Assembly (NCBI GenBank): GCA_963783575.1
Contig: CAWAOD010000003.1
Coordinates: forward strand, 1-64,000
Reading direction: 5' to 3'
Origin: an uncultured Spirochaetota bacterium
Lineage (GTDB): Bacteria; Spirochaetota; Brevinematia; Brevinematales; JAOACQ01
Length of the DNA: 64,000 nucleotides
A model generated the notes under the pieces. The model saw nothing but the letters and a program-made list of their open reading frames with translations. It was not told the DNA's origin and ran no database searches. Below are positions 54,099-64,000 of the stretch, piece by piece. The translations under genes were made by a program, and so were the position numbers. The number at the start of each line of letters is the position of its first letter. Position 1 is the first letter of the stretch.

Positions 54099-54698
54099 AT
54101 GAAAGATAAGACAGAGAAGCAAAAAATGCTCAACAATGAACTTTATTGTCACCAGGATCTTGAACTGACCCGCGAGAGAAATATGGCTTACTCAATGATT
54201 ACCCATTATAACCGGACAAAAGATCACCAGTACAAAAAACGCTACCAGCTCCTCGAGAAACTTCTCGGCGAACTCGGCAAAAATATAGTTATCAAGCCTC
54301 CGTTTGTTTGCGATTACGGGTATAATATATGTCTTGGCGACAATGTCTTTGTCAATTATGGCTGTACTATCCTGGACTGCAACAAGGTATATATCGGTAA
54401 TAATGTACTGATCGCTCCCCAGGTACAGATATACACAGCCTATCACCCTACCGATTATCGGATAAGGCTCCAGAATCTGGAATATGCACAACCTATCAGA
54501 ATCGGAAATAATGTCTGGATCGGTGGAGCTGCCGTTATCTGTAATGGTGTAACCATCGGTGACAATACCACAATTGGAGCCGGCAGCATTGTCGTCAGCG
54601 ATATTCCAGCCAACTGCGTTGCCGTAGGAAATCCCTGCCGTGTAGTCAAAAAGCTGGATACCGGTACGCAAATTGCCGGAAATGGACCGGCCATATGA
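54099..54698 (+). CDS. maa: Maltose/galactoside O-acetyltransferase
   Basis: PPFVCDYGYNI, IYTAYHP, IGNNVWIGG hexapeptide repeats, AVGNPCRV. Confidence 0.88.
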   Translation: MKDKTEKQKMLNNELYCHQDLELTRERNMAYSMITHYNRTKDHQYKKRYQLLEKLLGELGKNIVIKPPFVCDYGYNICLGDNVFVNYGCTILDCNKVYIGNNVLIAPQVQIYTAYHPTDYRIRLQNLEYAQPIRIGNNVWIGGAAVICNGVTIGDNTTIGAGSIVVSDIPANCVAVGNPCRVVKKLDTGTQIAGNGPAI

Positions 54699-55333
54699 CA
54701 AATAAGTTTGATGCACAAAAGACCGTGCCGGAATTGGTTACTGATGGGAATGGATTGAAAATCATCGGGCTCGGACACATAAATATTGTCGTTGATGAGA
54801 TAAATGAAGCAACTGAGTTTTACAAAAAACTCTTTGGGGCAGTTCCTTTTCAGGAATTCCCTCATTTTAAAAACAGGGGATTTGCACTGTCCGCAGGATT
54901 CCTGGAGGATCCAGAGTCGGTGGAGGCCAGCATAAGATTCCTGAAAATACCCGGCTGCCCTTTAGTCCTGGAATTGATGGAATATCATAATCCGGCCGGA
55001 AGTAAAACCGAACTTCCAAAATCCGTCGCCGATCAGGGCGGGGTCAGGCATGTAGCACTCAGCATTGAAGGTATTGATGAGGCTTTTCAATTTGTCAAAC
55101 AAATATGCGGAGTAAATTTGATAAATAGTTCAAAGAACTATTTTCCTCATAATATCGATAATATCTATCCAGATGAATTCCATTTCTTTGACAGAGACTT
55201 AGAAGCAGATTCGGAAGCCAAGGAGGAAGTCTGCAGTATGGTAGGCACGATCAGGTATTTCTATTTTACCGATAGGTACGGAGTCCAATGGGAATTGGAA
55301 CAGGGACATAATGATACCAGTAAACGACCATGA
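54695..55333 (+). CDS. VOC (glyoxalase/epimerase) family protein
   Basis: GHINIVV..FY..LFG, LELMEY, RHVAL, YFTDRYGVQWELE metal ligands. Confidence 0.82.
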   Translation: MTNKFDAQKTVPELVTDGNGLKIIGLGHINIVVDEINEATEFYKKLFGAVPFQEFPHFKNRGFALSAGFLEDPESVEASIRFLKIPGCPLVLELMEYHNPAGSKTELPKSVADQGGVRHVALSIEGIDEAFQFVKQICGVNLINSSKNYFPHNIDNIYPDEFHFFDRDLEADSEAKEEVCSMVGTIRYFYFTDRYGVQWELEQGHNDTSKRP

Positions 55334-56145
55334 AATATAGATTAATCGCTCTGGACCTTGATGATACCCTTTTACGAGAAGATCTGACCATATCCGAAAG
55401 AACCTGCTCAGCTTTATTAAGTGCCCAGGCTCAAGGTGTTACCATAGCCCTTGTATCAGGACGTCCAACCGGATCAATATTGAAATACGCGCAACAATTA
55501 AGGATGGATGAGTTCGGCGGTTATATCATTTCATTCAATGGCGCAATGGCAACTGAGTGTACCACGGGGAATATTTTTTTTGAACGCTGCCTGACACGGG
55601 ATAATATTCACCTTCTTTACGACCTGAGCGTCGCTTATGGCGTTTACATACATTCCTATCTCGATGATAATATAATTACAGCAAAATCGAATCCTTATAC
55701 CGCAATCGAATGCAAACTCACTGGCATGAACATCATTGAAACCGATGACTTCAAGTCTTCCATGAACCGTGATGCTATCAAGGTGATTTTGCTCGAGACT
55801 CCGGAGATTTTAAAGGATCTTTCAGTCAAACTCGCGCCGGTAATAAACGGGCGCATGAATATGAGCATCACCAAACCGTACTTCCTGGAATTCATGGACA
55901 ATGGAATTGACAAAGGACACGGATTGAGATTGTTGCTGGAATGGCTCAAGATTTCAAGTGAAGAGACCATCGCCATCGGTGACAGCTATAATGACATTGA
56001 GATGCTTAGGCTTGCGGGATTAGGTATATGTATGGCGAATGGTCCCGATGAAGTCCGGGCTGTCGCTGATCATATAACGGCCAGCAACATGGAAGACGGA
56101 GTTGCTAAAGTAGTGGAACAGTGTATACTAAAAGTCGGTAATTGA
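55330..56145 (+). CDS. Cof-type HAD-IIB hydrolase
   Basis: ALDLDDTL, SGR, DKG, IGDSYNDIEM, MAN, EDGVA. Confidence 0.92.
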   Translation: MKYRLIALDLDDTLLREDLTISERTCSALLSAQAQGVTIALVSGRPTGSILKYAQQLRMDEFGGYIISFNGAMATECTTGNIFFERCLTRDNIHLLYDLSVAYGVYIHSYLDDNIITAKSNPYTAIECKLTGMNIIETDDFKSSMNRDAIKVILLETPEILKDLSVKLAPVINGRMNMSITKPYFLEFMDNGIDKGHGLRLLLEWLKISSEETIAIGDSYNDIEMLRLAGLGICMANGPDEVRAVADHITASNMEDGVAKVVEQCILKVGN

Positions 56146-56343
56146 AGATTTAAACTGCGAAATTTTTATTTGCGTTAAAATCAGTAACTATCTATAATAT
56201 ATAATAAATATCTCTTATTTTATCTTATAAAATCATTTAATGATATTAAAAATTTAAAAAGTAAACAATCAACTATCGAAAACTTTTATTTGATTCTTTT
56301 ATTATTTTTCTAATAATATATAAAAGCTAAATGGGAAGTTGCA

Positions 56344-59300
56344 ATGATAAAGCAAAAAAATGCCACCCTATTTCCGATAGCTGCTTTTGTTTTAATAATC
56401 CTATTCTCTTGCAGTCTTGATATTACTTTAAAGGACAGGAACAATCCTTATGACAATTCCGGCGACAACTACGGCGGACAGCCCCCTAATATATCTATAA
56501 TCTCGCCGACAAACGGGCAGATCATAGCGCCGAGTTTTACTTTAAATGGTTCGGCCTCCGATGATATAGGACTGACATATGTCTATGTAAATATTAACAA
56601 CGGCGATTTCATAGCCATACCGCTGAAAGGCACGAACACAAACTGGAGCTATAGCTTTGTCGCAATACCATTTGGGAACACCGTCATAAAGGCTTTTTCA
56701 AAAGATATCGGATCCAAGACAAGCACTACCGTTAATATCAATGTAGTTGTTGACGCTTCACTTCCCGGCATCGGTATAAACAGCCCTGCAAGCGGAGTAT
56801 TAACGAATATAAACACAGTAACCCTGAGCGGACCGGCTTCGGTCAGTTCAATATATTCCATAAACAAAATCGCCGTCGAGAACTCCGGTGGAATCTGGAA
56901 TACGGCGGCCTTCAGCGGTTCGGGAGGCAACTATTCCTGGACATACAGCGTGGCATTGTCCGAAGGTACGAACACATTCATGGCGATGGCCGTAACATCG
57001 GCGTCGAAGACAAATTACTCAGCTTACACTGTTATAATCCTTGATACGACGGCTCCGATGATAAGTCTTACGAATCTTACCAATTACCAGATATTCGGCG
57101 ACGGTTTCCAGTTTTCCGGAACGGTTTACGACCAGTACGCGGGTGGAAGCAGGGTATTTATAAAGCTCGATAATTCAATGTTCAGCGAGGTTTCAGTATC
57201 AAGCAATACCTTCAATACAAATATATCTTTGATCGCATGGGAAGGGCTCCATACAAACTATTATTATACGATGGACGCGCTTGGCAATACCTCTGCGACA
57301 AACTCCCTCATAGTCGTATTCTCATCCAGGATGCCGATGATTTATATCACAAGCCCCGCGAACTATTACATTACCAATTCGCTTACAATGCCCGTATCCG
57401 GGAGCAACACCATCGGAGTATTCTATACGATCACAAACCTTCAGGCGAGGGCAAACGGCGGCGCATAGAACCCAGTCGATATTAAGGACCTTGCGCTGAA
57501 ATACTGGACAAATACTACAACCCTGACCGCCAATACAACGAATACAGTTACAATCCTGGCATCGGCGTCAAGCGGTTTGTCAAACTCAAATTCCGTCAGT
57601 ATAATATGCGATGTTACCGCTCCGGTAATTACATTGAATTCGTTAATACCGGCATATACAAACTTAACGGCCTTCAATATAGCGCTTTCATCATCCGACA
57701 ACCTGTCGGGAATCAAAACCAATCTTTACCAGGTAAACGGAAATACGGCAGCCGGCTTCTCAGGCACGAACGCCAATATCAGCATATCGGGGTTGACGAA
57801 CGGCCCGAATACTTTTAAAATATGGGCTATTGATAACGCGGGAAACACAAGCCTGACACAGGCAGTAAATATTTATGTCGATCCGGTAATACCCTCTTTA
57901 TCCATTACATCACCTTCAAACATGTCGGTCTGGAATACTACTGCGCTGACAATTACCGGTACAACGAATGACGCGCCGCCTTCGAGCGGGATAAAAACCT
58001 TCTGGATCAGCAATAACGGCGCGGATGTAACATCGTACTTCAACGGGAGCGCTTATACATTCACCGCGAACGCGACAAATACAATCATATCTTACATAGA
58101 GGATAATGCGGGGAATAAATACGCTGTGACGAATAAAGCCATCGTAGATACGACGGCGCCGGTTATATCAAACATCAGCCCCACGAACGGGCAGAAACTG
58201 GCAACGAACATTACCGTAACGGCGAATGTTTCCGACAACCTGTCGGGTGTAAAACAGATTGACCTGCAGGTCATACAGACTAACGGGGCGAATTTCAGTG
58301 CATATTCCATTACACCAGGCACTTCAATATCAACAAATATTTTTGTTACAAATTTAGCGAATTATTATATCTGGTTCCGGGTTATAGATAACGCCGGGAA
58401 CACCAATACCACATCGAGCAATATCATATACATAAGCGACATACCGGCATTAAGCTTCACCTCTCCCGCGGTAAACGGAAGCACTATCATTACAAACGGC
58501 TTATCTGTTACGGTGAGCGGAACATCGTCCAGCGGCTGGAATTCAATAGCGTCCAATATTATCATCCTGAACAATAAGCAGACAAATTCCGTAACGGGAA
58601 CAACCTGGAATTGTACTTTAACGTTGAGCAACAATTACACCAATACGATCCTGGCTTATGCGGTCAACAATAATGGCGACATCGGTAACGCGCAGTATCT
58701 TTATATTATCGCGGACACGAATGCCCCGGTAATATCGTCCGTATCGCCGTCGAACTGCTTTACAAACATAAACAATTTTATTTTTACATTGAATGAAAAC
58801 AATAATTTCTCCGGCATACAGAGCAATTACATAATAATCGACAGTAATCCCTGGCTGGCCTTTACTGCAACAAATTATAGCATAACATCATTGACCGACG
58901 GGTATCATACGATAAGCATATATGCTGTGGACAACGCGGGGAACCACAGCCTTACGGACACCGTTTATATCACAAACGATTCCGCAATTCCTACCCTTTC
59001 GCTGACTAACCCGGCAAATGGATTGATCACCAATACGGCATCGTTAATCATCGGCGGAAAGACAAATGACACATCGCCTTCGAGTGGAATTAAAACCTTC
59101 TGGATCAGTAATAACAGCGTGTCCGTGAATACAACAACATTCTTCAACGGGAGCGCTTATAACTTTACAGCAAACACGACAAACACACTCATCGCATACA
59201 TCGAGGACAACGCGGGGAATATGAGCGCTGTTACAAATACAATCGTGATTGACACAAACGCCCCGGTGATATCGTCCGTATCGCCGACGAACTGTGTTAC

Positions 59301-62300
59301 GAATACAGGAAATTTTACTTTTACATTGAGCGAAAGCGACAACTTCTCAGGTATAATGAGCAATTATATCAATATTGACGGTACATTGCTGTCGTTTACC
59401 GGGACGACTTACAGTATAACATCATTGACCGACGGGTATCATACAATAAGCATATATGCGATGGACAAGGCGGGAAATTACAGTCTTACGGACACCCTGA
59501 GCATTACAAATGACACGCTGCCGCCTTCATTAAGCATAGGTTCGCCTTCGGCCGGATTGATTACAAACACCGCTTCATTATTTACATATATATATACAAA
59601 TGACACAACAACTCCTTCGAGCGGAATCAAAACATTCTGGGTCAGTAATAACGGTACGGATGATGTGACGCCGGATTCCGGCGGGGCAAATCATAATTAT
59701 ACCGTAAACGCGACGAACAAGCTCATCGCTTACATTGAAGACAACGCGGGAAATAAAAAGTCTATTACAAATACAATTGTTGTCGATATGGCGGCGCCAG
59801 TGTTAAGTATATCGAATATCACAAGCAATATGATTATAACAAACGCTACACCAATCAATGGGAACGCCGCGGACAGCCTTTCAGGGATTCGGAACGGCAG
59901 GGTATCGGTTTATACAAACGGCGTATTAGCGGCCAGCCCCTCTTTATCAGGGACTAACTGGGTGTCCGGAATTACCGCTGCCGAAGGCGCTATGAATATA
60001 AGCGTTGTAGCAATCGATAACGCCGGTAACACAAATACATTGAGCATACCGGTCTCAGCTTTATTCAACAGGGTATGCGTCGCTTCTACCGGGAACGACG
60101 CTAACGTTGGCAATCCGTCCAGCCCCATGCAAAGCATACAGTCGGCAATAGCGAAAGCCGTTTCGTACGGCTTAAGCGACATCTGGCTTGACGCTTCCAC
60201 GTTTACGCCATCTGCCGGTCTGAATCCGAATTCAAGCGGCTTTGGAATCATCATCACAAATAGCAACATCAGGATAACCGGAGGATTTAACGGGAGTTTC
60301 ACGGCCTCTAACTCGATGACTATCCTGAACGCAGGAGGAACGCTCAATAACGCAGTCTTTATTTCCAACGCCGTAAATGTCTCGCTGAAAAATGCCGCGG
60401 TAATAAACGCGACTAATTCCGGGATTTACATTTATAAAGCGACAAACTGTGTCATATCAAACTGTGTTATTTCCAACAATTCAGCGGTAACCGGCGGAGG
60501 GCTGGCTCTTTATTCCGCTGTTTCCAACACGCTATCCGCCTGCGTCATTTTAAATAATACGGCTTCTCAAAACGGCGCGGGGATTTACTTAGAAACTTCA
60601 ACCAACAGCACAATATCTGCCTGCATTATTTCAAATAACCAGTCTCAACAGGGAGGCGGTATCTTTTCCACATCTTCACCCGGTAGCATTTTCACCGGTT
60701 GTTATATATGCTATAATACAGTCACCTCAGCTGCCGGCGGAATATATTTATATCAATACAACGATTATGATATAATAACAAACTGTTTTATATTTAATAA
60801 CACAAGCCCGGGCAATGCGGGCGGTATCTGGTTATATGGTAATACCGCTAATTATATCAAAATTTCCGGATGCAATGTTTACAGTAATTCAGCTCAAACA
60901 GGCGGGGGAATTTATTTGTTCTCTGCGAATTATAATATTATTTCTAACAACAATATATTCAACAATACCGCGGCAAACGGGGGAGGGATTTATTTAAAAA
61001 ACGCCAATAACAACACGTTTTCCGGCTGCATTATTTCAAACAATACGGCCTCCGATTCCGGCGGAGGGATTTATATGACCAATTCCGGTTTGAACACGGT
61101 TTCATACTGCCCTGTTTACTGCAATACGGCCGCAAACTACGGAGGAGGAATTAATTTGAACGTAGTCGCCGGTAATGTAATTTTAAACTGCGGCTTCTTT
61201 AATAATACTGCGTCAGTACATGACGGCGGCGGGATTTGTCTGATAACGTCCAGCTTAAACACGATTTCCAACTGCTTTATATCAAATAATTCATCGCCTG
61301 AAGGAGCGGGTATATATTTGACTGGTTCGCCGAATAATCTTATCGCAAGCAACAGTATATGCTATAATCAAAATATGGGTGTTTACCTGTATACCGCCGT
61401 CAGCAGCAATAATATCATTTCAAACTGTAATATATTCAATAACTCGCATACAAGCGGAAATGGGGGCGGTATTTTATTCTCCAGCAGTTTCAACCAGTTA
61501 TTGAGCTGCAATGTTTACAGTAATTACGCTTCCGGCCAGGGCGGCGGAATAGCTTCATGGAACAACTCCAATATAATTTCCCTATGCAATATATATAGTA
61601 ATTCGGCTTCCCAATACGGCGGCGGAATTTATATTTCAGCCAATTACAACACGGTTACTAACAGCAGCATATATAATAATACCGCCTCGAACGGCGGAGG
61701 GTTGTATTTCACAAACGCCAGCTACAATACAATATCCAATTGCATTATATCAAATAATACTGCTTCCCAATATGGCGGAGGCCTATATCTCTACTATGCA
61801 AATAATAATACGATCAACGGCGCGGTTTATGCTAATAGAACTACAGCATACAACGGCGGCGGTCTCTATCTGGCATCTTCCACTAATAATACAATAAACA
61901 GTATCATTTATAATAACACAGCTGCAGTCAACGGCGGCGGTGTGGCTCTATCTTATTCCAGCACTAATATTATCAACGGCGCGGTCTTCAGCAATACAGC
62001 CACCAGCGGCTCAGGCGGAGGCGGCGGCGTGTATCTAATTTATTCCAGTAATAATTTAATCGTCGGCGCGGTATACAATAATACAGCGGCTGGATGCGCC
62101 GGTATTTATCTTTATAGCAGCACCAACAATAAAATACTAGGCCCTATACACAATAATACAGCTACAGTCAGCGGCGGCGGTATAGAAATGGCATATAATT
62201 CCATGTTTAATACCGTCAGCGGCGAGGTTTACAGTAATTCGGCCATGTATGGCGGCGGCCTGTTTCTTAGTACATCCAGCTACAATACAAACACAGGAAT

Positions 62301-62568
62301 GGTTTATAATAATACAGCTTCTCAAGTCGGTGGCGGTATTTGGATTGAATTTTCCAGAAATAACATATTCAGCGGAGCGGTTTCCAATAATATAGCACTT
62401 ACAGCCGGCGGCGGCATTTATTTAAGGTCTACTACTAATAATACAATCAGCGGGACAATATCTTTTAATACGAACTACGGTGTGGTGACAAATAACAGCT
62501 GTTCCGGGAACTCATTCCCGTCTATTATGAGTAACTACCCGGGACCGGTCACGAACGGTTCTTATTGA
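56344..62568 (+). CDS. Very large surface lipoprotein with bacterial Ig-like repeats and C-terminal right-handed beta-helix; one in-frame TAG at 57466-57468
   Basis: Lipobox LFSC, NNPYD; repeated D.TAP / DNAGN Ig-like units; N.A..GGGIY repeats; ORFs 56344..57468 and 57577..62568 are in the same frame with open sequence between. Confidence 0.85.
58710..59790 (+). repeat. Intragenic tandem repeat, about 534 bp period (third related copy ~57600-58160)
   Basis: ATAACATCATTGACCGACGGGTATCATAC at 58882 and 59416; PSSGIKTFW.SNN and YIEDNAGN occur three times. Confidence 0.8.
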
Positions 62569-62632
62569 CGACTATGCCCGGCAGTGCCGGCTCACCGTTG
62601 GATCTGGGCAGGGAATATTGAAGTGGTTCCCT

Positions 62633-62689
62633 CGTGGTGCTGCAAAGCGAGAAGCGGTGGACTCGGGAACCGGCGTGGTGCTGCAAAGC
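62633..62689 (+). repeat. 16 bp direct repeat in a GC-rich intergenic spacer
   Basis: CGTGGTGCTGCAAAGC at 62633-62648 and 62674-62689. Confidence 0.75.
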
Positions 62690-62733
62690 AGGGAGGCTCA
62701 GAATAAACTCCGACGAAACAAAAGGAGTAATTT

Positions 62734-64000
62734 ATGAAAATATTAAAACAAGTATTTTTTATCTTATTTTTTATCATTATCTCCACAACAGCTTATTCCG
62801 ATGGGAAACTGATCGCTGTAGCCGGTTTTATAAACCTCGGCGCGGCGAAGGACAACAATTTGAATATGGTCATAACGAAATCTCTTATTTTATATCTTTC
62901 AAAGATACCGAATATAACAGTGATCCAATACGACGCTGTAGCAAAATCCGCGCTTAAATCCGGACTGTGGGCTCAAACTAATATAAACATGGAAGAAGCC
63001 CTGTCTCTAGGGCAGGAATTCTCCTGCGACAAGGTGGTAATTGGAGAATATAATGCAGATGATAAAAACAACCAGATCACGATTAATGTTTATGCCTACG
63101 ATGTTGTAACTGCGGAGCTGAAGATGAAAAGGACGTACACAGGCACCACAGGCCTTGAGTTGTTTGATAATATAGATAATATGATCAAAAATGTCACGGG
63201 AGTTCTAATTGGCAGGAATATTTCCTTCGGAAAGGCAGTTTTTAATATAAATAACAGCGATGAAAACTATAAGATAGTGTTGAACGGATCTACAGCCGGT
63301 TACGCTTCGAAAAACGCCCCGCTAACAATAGATGTTCTCACAGGTGAAAGCTCTGTCGCGCAGATACATCTTTCCAATAGTGACGAGCTTTTATTCCAGA
63401 CGTCCGTAAATGTAAACGCGGGAGAAACGGTTGAAATCGAATATGTGCCTATGGGAAAGGCCATTGCGAAGCTAGGGAAAAACGATGCTAAGGTTTATGT
63501 AGACGGTGAGTTCTTTACAAACGCATTGAAAGGAGAGTCAATAGATATAACTAATCTTACAGCCGGAACTGATCATAAAATAAGTATCAAAAAGGCTTCA
63601 GGAAATCCTGAGGTCAAAATGGTTAATCTCAAAGAAGCTGAGACAGTTGTGCTTATTTTTGATGAGTTTAAGTTCCCATTCAGAATAAGCGGCTTTGTGT
63701 CATTAGGCCTGTCTCTGGCAGCGCTGGGCGGAGGCTTCTATTTCAATAATGAAATGAACTCAGACTTGAAAAACGCCGAGAAGAATTATGAAATATATGA
63801 AAACAGCACAACCGATCTTGATACTAAATGGAAAGCTTATACCGATATGGTGGCAGCCGCGAAGAACAGCTCGACAATGTCTTCAGCGTTCTTTATATCA
63901 TCGGGCATTCTTTTTACATATGGCGTCATAACAGGCTTCCTGATAAATGAGGAAGGCAATATATTCGTTGGCGTGGCGCCTAATAAGCTTTATATAATGT
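62734..64000 (+). CDS. Secreted/membrane protein with TolB-N/CsgG-like N-domain and PEGA-like region (truncated by window end; absent from the ORF track)
   Basis: AAGGAG RBS, ATG 62734, MKILKQVFFILFFIIISTTAYS signal, IAVAGFINLG, DKVVIGEY, AKVYVDGE, C-terminal hydrophobic segments. Confidence 0.72.
   Translation, partial: MKILKQVFFILFFIIISTTAYSDGKLIAVAGFINLGAAKDNNLNMVITKSLILYLSKIPNITVIQYDAVAKSALKSGLWAQTNINMEEALSLGQEFSCDKVVIGEYNADDKNNQITINVYAYDVVTAELKMKRTYTGTTGLELFDNIDNMIKNVTGVLIGRNISFGKAVFNINNSDENYKIVLNGSTAGYASKNAPLTIDVLTGESSVAQIHLSNSDELLFQTSVNVNAGETVEIEYVPMGKAIAKLGKNDAKVYVDGEFFTNALKGESIDITNLTAGTDHKISIKKASGNPEVKMVNLKEAETVVLIFDEFKFPFRISGFVSLGLSLAALGGGFYFNNEMNSDLKNAEKNYEIYENSTTDLDTKWKAYTDMVAAAKNSSTMSSAFFISSGILFTYGVITGFLINEEGNIFVGVAPNKLYIM

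Noticed and set aside
57466..57468. Pyrrolysine or stop-codon reassignment at the in-frame TAG
   Set aside because: TAG ends other genes normally here (e.g. 14381, 26624, 30486, 32506, 51873); homologous repeat position is Trp; no pyl genes in window
57600..59790. Diversity-generating retroelement template/variable repeat
   Set aside because: Repeats are in-frame domain duplications, differences are not adenine-specific, no reverse transcriptase in window
62633..62689. c-di-GMP-I (GEMM) riboswitch suggested by GCAAAGC
   Set aside because: The upstream GGCAAAC..GGGAC P1/P2 context is missing; kept only as an unexplained repeat
5..62957. Many 60-170 aa ORFs antisense to or overlapping long genes (e.g. 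11013..11471, 28818..29255, 54192..54716, 59910..60368, 62634..62957)
   Set aside because: Shadow ORFs of well-supported genes; no RBS or motifs
1..64000. CRISPR array, tRNA or rRNA
   Set aside because: No regularly spaced repeat-spacer run and no cloverleaf or rRNA-like sequence seen by eye

Overview
AT-rich bacterial genomic window, probably from a free-living spirochaete (inferred from the AAHAG-type MCP signalling motif, the RRM protein and the surface-protein style). It contains: (1) two giant Ser/Thr-kinase/STAND-ATPase/TPR/GAF signalling fusions, one ending in a sigma-54 activator domain and one in a histidine kinase; (2) a ~18 kb sugar-catabolic region (FGGY kinase, GatD-like dehydrogenase, GatZ-like epimerase, FucU, aldo-keto reductase, LacI, CUT1 ABC transporter, GH127/146, GH65, GH57, DUF4432); (3) an MCP gene sitting among IS91-like transposase relics; (4) the most striking module: a histidine kinase whose input domain is a sugar-ABC ATPase domain, paired with an NtrC-type activator, divergent from an RbsACB-like transporter that has a sigma-54 promoter motif plus a sigma-70/LacI promoter cassette nearly identical to the one in front of the catabolic operon 27 kb away; (5) redox/housekeeping genes, a REC-GGDEF-EAL protein and a very large Ig-like/beta-helix surface lipoprotein split by one in-frame TAG. 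Several genes are broken by single-base insertions that look like long-read errors, not biology. No rRNA, tRNA or CRISPR array was seen. All calls are by eye from motifs; no database searches were run.
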